Shown piece after piece: positions 1 to 8,326 of a stretch of DNA of 27,342 nt. The position numbers and the translations under genes were made by a program. Every line of letters starts with the position of its first letter. Position 1 is the first letter of the stretch. This DNA is from Candidatus Cloacimonadota bacterium (GTDB lineage: Bacteria; Cloacimonadota; Cloacimonadia; Cloacimonadales; TCS61), in the NCBI GenBank assembly GCA_021108055.1, contig JAIORR010000233.1:1-27342 (forward strand). Reading direction: 5' to 3'. Under the pieces are notes generated by a model. The model worked only from the letters and a program-made list of their open reading frames with translations, was not told the DNA's origin and searched no databases.

Positions 1-63
1 CTTTAAAATTGATTAAAAGAAAACTTTCCGAAACTTACTTCCAAGAAATTCTTATGTGAGAAG

Positions 64-81
64 TTTAGTAAAGTTACTAAA
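64..81. promoter_or_regulatory. AT-rich inverted repeat TTTAGTAA-AG-TTACTAAA, possible operator
   Basis: Perfect 8-2-8 inverted repeat that extends imperfectly to 61-84. It is intergenic. Function is inferred only. Confidence 0.3.
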
Positions 82-193
82 TTTCTACTGCAATGCAATT
101 CAACATATCCAATTATAAAAAGTTAAGTAAATAGCAATTATATTTTATGAATTGAAATTAAGAAGTTAGAATTGAGCCTACGGCATTATCTGA

Positions 194-232
194 GTTTAAG
201 AACGCCGTGAACGGCGTACAAACTTTTTTTTT
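194..232 (+). terminator. Hairpin ACGCCG-TGAA-CGGCGT with outer GTTT/AAAC pairing and T-run; likely intrinsic terminator or REP-like element
   Basis: Perfect stem at 202-217, outer pairing of 194-197 with 220-223, and T9 at 224-232. Confidence 0.55.
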
Positions 233-241
233 GTTATTTTT

Positions 242-270
242 CCCACCGTAAACGATGGGGTTATTTTTTT
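242..270 (+). repeat. Second related hairpin CCCACCGTAAACGATGGG followed by a T-rich tract
   Basis: Stem with one mismatch at 242-259. It shares the CCGTRAACG core with the 202-217 hairpin. Confidence 0.45.
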
Positions 271-444
271 GGGGTTCTTTTGTGTAATAATTATTTGGGA
301 TAAATCTTATCGTTTTCTTTTGCAGGTCAACTTAAAATTGACAAAGATAATAGAGTAATTTTTTTTGTAAAAGTTTAAGAATCAGCTATAAGATATTCTT
401 GTCTTAAATGATATTTCTTAAACGATAATTTAACGGGAGAAATA

Positions 445-1668
445 ATGCGAAATAAAATAATTATAGTTCTGCTTGTTTTATCAGGTTCTCTTTTTGGTAA
501 TTCGATCTTTTCGTTCTATGGCTTACCAAACCAGTTTTGCGGAAATGATGTTTATGGTCTTGGAATGGGAGAGACCGGTTGTGCAGATCTTTTCAGAATG
601 AATCAGAATATTTCAAATCCGTCTGCAATGACAACCTCAAATAAAGTGATATACTCCACAGCCGCTTCGATGGGATATATGTGGTATTATGATGATCTGG
701 ATAACACTTTCAGAGATGATGGACTGGCTCTTCCCTACTTTACGGTAGTCGTACCAATAAAATCTCACAGGTTTGGTTTCAATTTTAATATGGTATATTC
801 GGGAAACCTGGAAAATGAGGAACTTTCGGAATGGACGAACAGCACCGGAGATACTCTGGAATATAACGAAATCAACAGGGTAAGTTCCAATGTATATAAA
901 GCAGATCTCAGTTATGCCATCAAGAATCCGTATTTTAATCTGGGCGTATCTTTCAATTACTATTTCGGGCACAAGATCAGGTATTGGAAGCTCGATTTTG
1001 ACGACACTGATTACACAGACACAAAATATGAAATTGAAAAGACTTTTAAGAATCCGGGATTTTCTGCAGGGATCAGTAAAAAGATCGGGAATATATCTTT
1101 AGGTGCAGCCTACACTATGTTCACGGAACTGAAAGGAGAATCCACATACAAATACGGACATTCTCCATACGTTGATACTTTAGGCTTGGCAGATGATATT
1201 TTATATGAGATTCCAAATAAATTTGCCGGCGGAATCACCTGGAAATTTACAGAAAAATATAAAGTATCTTTTGATGGTCAATATGAAATGTGGGAAGATA
1301 CGGATATATATAATGAGAACACTTATAAATTTGGGTTGGGCTTTGCTTACGATCCGCTGAGTGGTTATGGAAAATGGTTTGAAAGAATACCTCTGAGGTT
1401 TGGCGGTTATGTACGCAAACTTCCTTTCCGGAAAAATGAAGAAGATATTATGGAAAAAGCTGTTACTCTGGGACTTTCAATTCCTTTAAAATCACCTAAC
1501 ACAAAAATAGAATTTGCTGCCAAATATCTTACCCGCGGCGATAAGGATATTCACGGGATCGGTGACAGATCGTTTATGATAACAATTGGTATATCGGGAT
1601 TTGATGTGTTTAAAAAGAAACATAAAAAAAATGATCACAGAGATATTCCCAAAGCAGATCGAAGGTAA
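445..1668 (+). CDS. Outer-membrane beta-barrel protein, FadL/OmpP1-like (hydrophobic-compound transporter-like)
   Basis: 407 aa with an N-terminal signal peptide, GLGMGETG...ISNPSA N-terminal motif and alternating amphipathic aromatic strands. SD GGGAGA upstream. The family call is by resemblance only. Confidence 0.55.
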   Translation: MRNKIIIVLLVLSGSLFGNSIFSFYGLPNQFCGNDVYGLGMGETGCADLFRMNQNISNPSAMTTSNKVIYSTAASMGYMWYYDDLDNTFRDDGLALPYFTVVVPIKSHRFGFNFNMVYSGNLENEELSEWTNSTGDTLEYNEINRVSSNVYKADLSYAIKNPYFNLGVSFNYYFGHKIRYWKLDFDDTDYTDTKYEIEKTFKNPGFSAGISKKIGNISLGAAYTMFTELKGESTYKYGHSPYVDTLGLADDILYEIPNKFAGGITWKFTEKYKVSFDGQYEMWEDTDIYNENTYKFGLGFAYDPLSGYGKWFERIPLRFGGYVRKLPFRKNEEDIMEKAVTLGLSIPLKSPNTKIEFAAKYLTRGDKDIHGIGDRSFMITIGISGFDVFKKKHKKNDHRDIPKADRR

Positions 1669-1677
1669 AAAATATTA

Positions 1678-3249
1678 ATGGGTTTGAGGTGGAGCTATTT
1701 CGACAAATTAGATTGTTCTATTGTTGATCAGATCAAGAAGAACAGGAATCTACCGGATTCCTTCTTTTCTTTTTCTATGAACGACATACCAGATATTTCA
1801 TTAATGAAAGATATAAAAAAAGCTTCAGAAAGAATTATCCGGGCTATTCACAGAAAAGAAAAAATAATAATATATGGTCACGATGATGTTGACGGCATTA
1901 CTTCCGCTTATATCTTATTTGATTTTTTAGAAAAAATAGGTTCACAAAATCATTATTATTATATTCCAAACCGCCTTGTAGATAATCATGGAATGCAGGA
2001 AAATTTTATAAATAAAGTTGAGAAAGAAAATTTTAACCTTGTGATCACGGTAGATGGCGGAATATCCTGCTCGGAAGCTATCGAAAAACTCAGAAACCTG
2101 GGATGCGATGTTATCGTAACCGACCACCATATAGTGCAGGAAAACAAAATCCCAAAGGGTTGTGCTATCGTTAACCCGAAACAAAGCGATTGTGATTATC
2201 CATTCGATATGCTGGCAGGTGTTGGCGTCACTTATTTTTTGATCCGTAATATTGCCGAAATTTTAAAAAGCGAGATCGACAGCAATTATCTGTTCTGGGT
2301 TGCCGTGGGAACCATATCCGACAAAGTTCCCCTGATCGGTGTGAACCGGATAATTGTGAAAGAGACTATAAAAAATTGGTTTGATTTTGACGATGCAACG
2401 TTACGGAAATTTGATAAATATTTATGGAATGCCGATAATTGTCATAAGAAGATAAAGATAATCCAATATATAATAAAGATTTTTTCCAATGGCAGAGACC
2501 TAAATGGAAAAAACATGGGATTAGAATTACTGCTGGCACCGGAAGATGAAAAAACAAGTATTATTGATAAACTTATTAGCGGACAAAGAAAATTTAAAGA
2601 AAACCTGAATAAAGTAATGGAATGTTATGATAAGATAAAACCGGAAAGTTTTGATAATCACTTTGTTTTCTTTGATAGCAAGAATATAATCCCTGTCGAA
2701 TTGCTGGGATTTTTTTCGGCAAGAATTTCTAAACAGTTTCTAATTCCAGTAGTTTTTCTAAAAGAAAAAGGAAATATTGTTGCGGGTGAAGCAAGATGTA
2801 CAAAAGGTTTCAATCTCGTTGAGTCCTTCTGTTTTTGCAAACAAAACCTTATACAATACGGCGGTCATGCAAAGGCAGCAGGATTTACGATAAAAAAGAA
2901 GAATATAAATAAATTTAGAAAAAAATTCAAAGAATATATCGAGATGAAGAAAGAAATTATAGAAGACAATAGAAAGATCGATATCGATGCGATCTTCACA
3001 ATAGATGAGATCGATAAATTTGATGATTACCTGCAATTAGATATTCACAATTTGCAGCCATTCGGACAGGGAAATCCAAATCCAAAATTCCTACTGAAGA
3101 ATTTCATTCCAAAACGTGATTCCCGAAAAATAAAAGTTATAGATAAAAATATTATTTTAAAACCAGATGAAAGCTATAATATTATTTTTAATTTAAAAGG
3201 TTCGTCTTTCAAACTGATAGACCATCGAAAAGTAAATTATATGTTGTAA
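1678..3249 (+). CDS. recJ: RecJ-like DHH/DHHA1 phosphoesterase (ssDNA exonuclease-like, divergent)
   Basis: Motifs YGHDDVDG, YYIPNRL, ITVDGG, TDHH, AGVGV, GTISD, GGHAKAAG and LQPFGQGNPNP. Confidence 0.75.
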   Translation: MGLRWSYFDKLDCSIVDQIKKNRNLPDSFFSFSMNDIPDISLMKDIKKASERIIRAIHRKEKIIIYGHDDVDGITSAYILFDFLEKIGSQNHYYYIPNRLVDNHGMQENFINKVEKENFNLVITVDGGISCSEAIEKLRNLGCDVIVTDHHIVQENKIPKGCAIVNPKQSDCDYPFDMLAGVGVTYFLIRNIAEILKSEIDSNYLFWVAVGTISDKVPLIGVNRIIVKETIKNWFDFDDATLRKFDKYLWNADNCHKKIKIIQYIIKIFSNGRDLNGKNMGLELLLAPEDEKTSIIDKLISGQRKFKENLNKVMECYDKIKPESFDNHFVFFDSKNIIPVELLGFFSARISKQFLIPVVFLKEKGNIVAGEARCTKGFNLVESFCFCKQNLIQYGGHAKAAGFTIKKKNINKFRKKFKEYIEMKKEIIEDNRKIDIDAIFTIDEIDKFDDYLQLDIHNLQPFGQGNPNPKFLLKNFIPKRDSRKIKVIDKNIILKPDESYNIIFNLKGSSFKLIDHRKVNYML

Positions 3250-3279
3250 ATTATTATGAATTAGATCATCGGAGTAAAA

Positions 3280-3450
3280 ATGAGAATTAATAAAGAACTT
3301 TGTGATATCTGCGGAACCTGCGTTGCGGTGTGTCCAGCGGATGCCATCATTGTATCTGAATTTGAAGTAAAGATCGATAATAAAAAATGTACTAATTGCC
3401 TTAATTGTTTAAAGGTTTGTCCCATCAAAGCTATCGAGGAAGGTGACTAA
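3280..3450 (+). CDS. 2x[4Fe-4S] dicluster ferredoxin, 56 aa (not in ORF track)
   Basis: My translation: MRINKELCDICGTCVAVCPADAIIVSEFEVKIDNKKCTNCLNCLKVCPIKAIEEGD. Two CxxCxxCxxxCP motifs, SD GGAG upstream, and its TAA overlaps the next ATG (TAATG). Confidence 0.92.
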   Translation: MRINKELCDICGTCVAVCPADAIIVSEFEVKIDNKKCTNCLNCLKVCPIKAIEEGD

Positions 3451-4643
3451 TGGTACAAGATAGATATGATATAGTTATTATCGGAGCAGGACCAGCCGGA
3501 AGCGTTGCCGCCAGATTTGCAGCACAAAATGGTGCATCTGTTCTTATGCTGGAACGTGACCGTGAACCGGGCATTCCTGTGCGTTGTGCCGAAGGTGTTT
3601 CTCACAATGGAATAGCTCCTTTCATTGACATCGATGAACGGTGGATCGCTTCCCGGATAGAAATTGCAAAATTGCATGCACCAAATGGTGAAACAGCCAA
3701 AATGTATAATAATGGTTTAGGTTATGTTTTAGAACGAAGGGTCTTCGATACAGCTCTTTGCGAACTTGCTGCTAAACATGGGGCACATCTTATTACTAAA
3801 GCGGATGCTCTCGATCTATTGTGGGAAAAAGAGAAAATAACCGGAGTAAAATATAAATATTGCGGTGAGATAAAAACGGTGAAATGTGATATTGTCATCG
3901 GTGCGGATGGCGTGGAATCCCGCGTAGGAAGGTGGGCAGGAATAAAAACTGCCGTTCGTCTTGAAGACATAGATACTTGCGTTCAATATACACTGGCAGA
4001 TATTGATATTGAAGAAAATACCTGTGAATTTTATTTTGGGAATAATGTTTCTCCTGGCGGATATGTGTGGATATTTCCAAAATCCGATCATACAGCAAAT
4101 GTGGGGATAGGACTTTCCGGACATCTTTCGCATAAAAAGGGTCCAAAAAAATATCTCGATGAATTTGTGGAAAAACGCTTTCCCGATGCCAAGATAACTT
4201 ACACTGTTTATGGCGGCGTTCCCACATCTGCTACTCTTAAGGAGATAGTTCGTGATAACATTATGCTGGTTGGTGATGCTGCACGGCAGGTTAACCCGAT
4301 AACAGGCGGTGGTGTGGTGCAGGGAATGATTGCGGCAAGTATAGCAGGAAAAGTTGCTGCAGATGCGGTACGAGAAAAAAGATTCGATGCAAAATTCCTG
4401 AAAAAATACAGCAGTGAATGGGAAAAGAAACTTGGAAAAACTCAGAGGACAATGTTTACCATGAAAGAGAAATTTCTTACAATGAGCGATGAAAGATTTA
4501 ACAACATTGTACGTTTTTGCCAAAAAATTCCCAAAGATAAATTTGGTTTGAAGGTGCTTTTTACAGAAGCGGTCAAAGGAGATCCAAAACTCATGGTAGA
4601 TGTTGCAAAAGCATTTGTGATGAGTAAATTGAAAAGGAAATGA
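3450..4643 (+). CDS. Geranylgeranyl reductase family flavoprotein, archaeal DGGR-like
   Basis: GAGPAGS FAD-binding motif, PVRCAEG, GADGVESRVGRWAG, PGGYVWIFP and VGDAARQVNPITGGG. Confidence 0.85.
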   Translation: MVQDRYDIVIIGAGPAGSVAARFAAQNGASVLMLERDREPGIPVRCAEGVSHNGIAPFIDIDERWIASRIEIAKLHAPNGETAKMYNNGLGYVLERRVFDTALCELAAKHGAHLITKADALDLLWEKEKITGVKYKYCGEIKTVKCDIVIGADGVESRVGRWAGIKTAVRLEDIDTCVQYTLADIDIEENTCEFYFGNNVSPGGYVWIFPKSDHTANVGIGLSGHLSHKKGPKKYLDEFVEKRFPDAKITYTVYGGVPTSATLKEIVRDNIMLVGDAARQVNPITGGGVVQGMIAASIAGKVAADAVREKRFDAKFLKKYSSEWEKKLGKTQRTMFTMKEKFLTMSDERFNNIVRFCQKIPKDKFGLKVLFTEAVKGDPKLMVDVAKAFVMSKLKRK

Positions 4644-5230
4644 ATCCAAAACAAAAAAAGGAAATCTTTCGGAAGACAATACATGTCAGTTCGATCCTGC
4701 TTCCATTATCATATCGATATATTTTCCTGAACAACCGTAAGCTTGCGTTCCTGGTTTTGATCCCACTCACACTGATCGCATTAACAATAGAGGTTTTCAG
4801 GTTAGAGCATAAAACATTCAAAAAAATATTTTATAATATTTTTGGAATAATGCTTCGAAAACATGAGATAAATAATTTTACAGGTGCCACATATTTGATG
4901 ATCTCTGCCGTGATATGTATCGCTGTATTTCCGGCAGATATAGCATTTGTGGCTATTTCGTTCCTCGCTATCGGTGATACGCTTGCTGCACTTATTGGAA
5001 TTCCCCTTGGAAAAAGAAAACTTTTTAATACCGATAAAAGTCTGGAAGGAAGTATTGCCTGTTTTACGGGAACTTTTGTGTTCGCATTGTTTTTTTTGAA
5101 TCCGATAGTGTCCATGGCGGGAGCTTTTACTGCAACGGTTGCCGAGTTTTCCAAAATACCTCTTGACGATAATATTAAAATACCCATTTCTTCCGGTTTG
5201 ATGATGTCTTTTATGAATTTAATTTTTTAA
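4640..5230 (+). CDS. CTP-dependent membrane kinase, dolichol kinase/phytol kinase/DGK1 (SEC59/VTE5) family
   Basis: Polytopic membrane protein with RKTIH, RKHE..TGATY, GDTLAALIG, KSLEGS and DDNIKIP motifs. ATGA overlap with GGR. Confidence 0.8.
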   Translation: MNPKQKKEIFRKTIHVSSILLPLSYRYIFLNNRKLAFLVLIPLTLIALTIEVFRLEHKTFKKIFYNIFGIMLRKHEINNFTGATYLMISAVICIAVFPADIAFVAISFLAIGDTLAALIGIPLGKRKLFNTDKSLEGSIACFTGTFVFALFFLNPIVSMAGAFTATVAEFSKIPLDDNIKIPISSGLMMSFMNLIF

Positions 5231-5245
5231 AAAAGGGAAGTTATT

Positions 5246-6181
5246 ATGAAGTTATCTTTTATTATTCCGGTTTTTAATGAAGAAGAAAGTATCGATAAAT
5301 TGTACTTAGAAATAATTGAAAACATTAAAGGCTATAAGTATGAGATCATTTTTATTAATGACGGCAGTACGGATAGCAGCTATGAAATCATGAAACAAAT
5401 GGCTGCTAAAGATAGAAATGTGAAACTTCTTAATTTCCGAAAAAACTTTGGTAAATCTGCCGGACTGCAAGCCGGTTTCGATGTTGCAGATGGCGATATA
5501 TTATTTACGATGGATGCAGACCTTCAGGATGATCCGAAAGAGATTCCCAACTTCCTGAAAAAAATTGAAGAGGGATATGACCTGGTTACAGGTTGGAAAA
5601 AAAAACGAAAAGATCCCATTTCAAAAACTTTTCCTTCAAAACTGTTTAACTCTATTACTTCAAGTTTTTTCAAGATGAAACTGCATGATTATAATTGCGG
5701 GTTCAAAGCATATAGAAAAGAAGTTATTAAAGAACTTGATATTTATGGAGAAATGCACAGGTACATCCCCGCTTTAGCAAGCAGTAAAGGATTCAGAATT
5801 GCGGAAATCCCGGTGAAACACCATAAACGCAAATTTGGAAAAACAAAATATGGTTCCGAAAGATATCTGCGTGGTTTTCTGGACCTTCTTACCGTTAAAC
5901 TTGTAACGGGATATATTCACAGTCCGCTTTATCTTTTTGGAAGGATTGGAGCAATATTTGGTTTTATCGGTTTTTTTATCGGATTGTATCTTACGATCAT
6001 GAAATTGGGATTTGGTCAACCGCTTTATAATCGTCCGCTGCTATACCTGGCAACCTTGCTTATAATGATTGGATTACAATTCTTTTCTATCGGGCTGCTG
6101 GGAGAATTGATCGTGAACCAGAACCGCAACATGAACAGGAAAAAGAATATCTCGATTTCGGAAAAAATAAATTTTAATTGA
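5246..6181 (+). CDS. GT2 polyprenol-phosphate glycosyltransferase (GtrB/ArnC/DPM-like)
   Basis: IIPVFNEEE, NDGSTD, RKNFGKSA, DADLQDDP, DYNCGFKAYR, EMHRYIP and two C-terminal TM helices. Confidence 0.87.
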   Translation: MKLSFIIPVFNEEESIDKLYLEIIENIKGYKYEIIFINDGSTDSSYEIMKQMAAKDRNVKLLNFRKNFGKSAGLQAGFDVADGDILFTMDADLQDDPKEIPNFLKKIEEGYDLVTGWKKKRKDPISKTFPSKLFNSITSSFFKMKLHDYNCGFKAYRKEVIKELDIYGEMHRYIPALASSKGFRIAEIPVKHHKRKFGKTKYGSERYLRGFLDLLTVKLVTGYIHSPLYLFGRIGAIFGFIGFFIGLYLTIMKLGFGQPLYNRPLLYLATLLIMIGLQFFSIGLLGELIVNQNRNMNRKKNISISEKINFN

Positions 6182-6282
6182 TAGAATTATATTGAAGCAT
6201 GTATTATAAAAACATTGTGTGTTAACAATTAGAATCAATTTTGCAGAACTCATTTGAACAACAAAAAAGGAGAGAAAAAGAA

Positions 6283-7641
6283 ATGAAAAGTCATTTATCT
6301 GAATTTATAACGATAATGCAGAATGACGGATTGAACGATCTGGTAATTCGATCTTTTTCTGATTATTATGAACAAATATTAGCCGGAGCAACAGGCAAAT
6401 TATCCGAAAATGAAATAGAACCTCCATCCAAAAAAAGTATAATAGATTATAATGAGCTTAAGGTGACCGATTCTTCTCCACTTGAAAAAATGGTGGTGAT
6501 AAAACTTAATGGCGGACTGGGGACCAGCATGGGACTAAAGAAAGCTAAAACTCTGCTTAAAGTAAAGGAAGACAATAACTTTCTGGATATTATTACTCTT
6601 CAAATTCTGCAACTGAGAAAGACCTCAGGGAAAGATATTCCTCTTCTGTTTATGAACAGTTTCAACACGCGGAAAGACACAATTTCTTATCTTGAAAAAT
6701 ATCCGGAGCTTCCTCTTCCCCATCTTCCACTGGATTTTGTTCAGAATAAATTTCCAAAGATAAAACAGGAAGATCTGTCTCCTCTGAAAAGTAAAAATGA
6801 TAACCAGAACTGGAATCCTCCCGGTCATGGTGAGATATATCTGGTTCTAAAAATTTCAGGCGTGCTTGATAAATTATTAGATAAAGGATTTGAATATGCT
6901 TTTATTTCTAATTCGGATAATCTGGGAGCGATCGTAGATGAAAAAATATTGTCTCATTTTGCAATTACGAAGGAACCGTTTTTAATGGAAGTATGCAGGC
7001 GGACAGAAATGGATAAGAAAGGCGGTCATCTGGCTCAAACTAAAGATGGGCAGCTTATCCTGCGGGAAACCGCTCAATGTCCCGAAGGTGAAATGGACTC
7101 TTTTCAGGATGTGAATAAATATCGTTATTTCAACACGAATAATCTTTGGGTAAACCTGAAGGCATTAAAGAAAAAATTGAATGAAAGCAATAATTTTGTG
7201 CCGCTGTCTATGATCGTGAATCCAAAAGAAGTCGAAGGCACAAAGGTCTTCCAGATAGAATCTGCAATGGGTGCTGCAATCAGTATTTTCAAAGGTTCCA
7301 AAGCTATTGCCGTGGAAAGGAACAGGTTCGCACCTGTAAAAAAAACAACCGATCTCCTGGGAATCTGGAGCGATGCCTTTGTACTTACGGATGATTATAG
7401 ATTGATCCTGGACAAAAACTTGAATCAACCTCCGGCAATTAAATTGAATGAAAATTATTACAAAACCATCGATCAACTTCAGAATCATTTTAAGGATGGA
7501 ATTCCTTCCTTGAAAGATTGTGCCAATCTGACAATCGAAGGCGATGTTTATTTTGGGAAAAACGTAAAAATCATCGGAGATGTAAAAATAAATGATAGTA
7601 AAAAGTTGGAGAATTGCAGGTTGGAAAATGTAGAAATTTAA
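6283..7641 (+). CDS. UTP-glucose-1-phosphate uridylyltransferase, eukaryote-like UDPGP family (not GalU type)
   Basis: KLNGGLGTSMG, LFMNSFNT, WNPPGHGEIY, NSDNLGA, KKGGHL, LRETAQ, FNTNNLW and RFAPVK. I prefer ATG 6283 (AAGGAG upstream) over TTG 6241. Confidence 0.9.
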   Translation: MKSHLSEFITIMQNDGLNDLVIRSFSDYYEQILAGATGKLSENEIEPPSKKSIIDYNELKVTDSSPLEKMVVIKLNGGLGTSMGLKKAKTLLKVKEDNNFLDIITLQILQLRKTSGKDIPLLFMNSFNTRKDTISYLEKYPELPLPHLPLDFVQNKFPKIKQEDLSPLKSKNDNQNWNPPGHGEIYLVLKISGVLDKLLDKGFEYAFISNSDNLGAIVDEKILSHFAITKEPFLMEVCRRTEMDKKGGHLAQTKDGQLILRETAQCPEGEMDSFQDVNKYRYFNTNNLWVNLKALKKKLNESNNFVPLSMIVNPKEVEGTKVFQIESAMGAAISIFKGSKAIAVERNRFAPVKKTTDLLGIWSDAFVLTDDYRLILDKNLNQPPAIKLNENYYKTIDQLQNHFKDGIPSLKDCANLTIEGDVYFGKNVKIIGDVKINDSKKLENCRLENVEI

Positions 7642-7672
7642 GTAATTGTAAACAGAAAGAAATGGGGAAAAG

Positions 7673-8293
7673 ATGCAAAAAGAAACATTTAAATCGTTTT
7701 TAAAAGAATTTAATTTTCCACATTATGAAGAATTGCTTGATTCATTTCAAAAGTTTTTAGATTTTTTATTGGAAGAAAATTCTAAAGTTAACCTCATTTC
7801 CCGAAAAACAAAATCCGAAGATTATTGGACGATACATTTCCTGGATTCTATCCTGCCGATACGGCACATAGATTTTTCAAATAAAAAGATCCTGGATTTC
7901 GGAACAGGCGGAGGTTTGCCGGGTATTCCAATTAAATTACTCTATCCGGATTCAATCGTTTTTCTGTTAGATTCCAAGCAAAAAAAGATCAATTCAATAA
8001 AAAATATTGTCAAAAGACTTGACTTAAAAGAATGTTTCACGATTGTTTCACGGCTCGAAGAAATGGATGCGAAGTGGGGTAATTTTTTTGATATTATAGT
8101 GTGCAGGTCTGTGAAAATTTTGCCGAAGTATAAAACAAAAATGTTCGATCTATTGAAAAACGACGGTAAGATAATTCTTTACAAAAGCAGGAAATTAGAG
8201 GATATAATACAGTTTGGAAAGGTAAAAAAATATGATGTGAGCCTTCCGGAAATTGGAGAAAGGAAGATAATAGAGATAGAAAAAAAGAATTGA
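7673..8293 (+). CDS. rsmG: 16S rRNA m7G527 methyltransferase RsmG (GidB)
   Basis: NLISR, HFLDS, DFGTGGGLPGIP and LLDSKQKK motifs; directly upstream of parA. Confidence 0.92.
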   Translation: MQKETFKSFLKEFNFPHYEELLDSFQKFLDFLLEENSKVNLISRKTKSEDYWTIHFLDSILPIRHIDFSNKKILDFGTGGGLPGIPIKLLYPDSIVFLLDSKQKKINSIKNIVKRLDLKECFTIVSRLEEMDAKWGNFFDIIVCRSVKILPKYKTKMFDLLKNDGKIILYKSRKLEDIIQFGKVKKYDVSLPEIGERKIIEIEKKN

Positions 8294-8326
8294 AGAATTA
8301 AAGGAAGAAAAAATAACGGAAAAATT

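Noticed and set aside
61-84. dif/Xer site
   Set aside because: The 8-2-8 geometry does not fit the 11-6-11 dif layout, and the region appears origin-proximal.
338-366. Sigma70 promoter at TTGACA 338-343
   Set aside because: There is no TANNNT at 16-18 nt spacing (that position is a T-run), so it is unsupported.
1-444. oriC in the first intergenic region
   Set aside because: I saw no DnaA-box cluster, only one mismatched TGTGTAATA near 281.
3450-4643. Chlorophyll ChlP or menaquinone reductase as the specific function
   Set aside because: There is no photosynthesis or men context in the window, and the motifs and ferredoxin partner look more like archaeal DGGR. This cannot be fully excluded without a phylogeny.
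3816-4679. Long minus-strand ORF (287 aa) and other antisense or nested ORFs (e.g. 10501-10878, 12446-12928, 17897-18349)
   Set aside because: They lie wholly over well-supported + strand genes and show no recognisable motifs, so they are shadow ORFs.
8044-8059. Second parS inside rsmG (TGTTTCACGGCTCGAA)
   Set aside because: Only 10 of 16 positions match and it is not palindromic.
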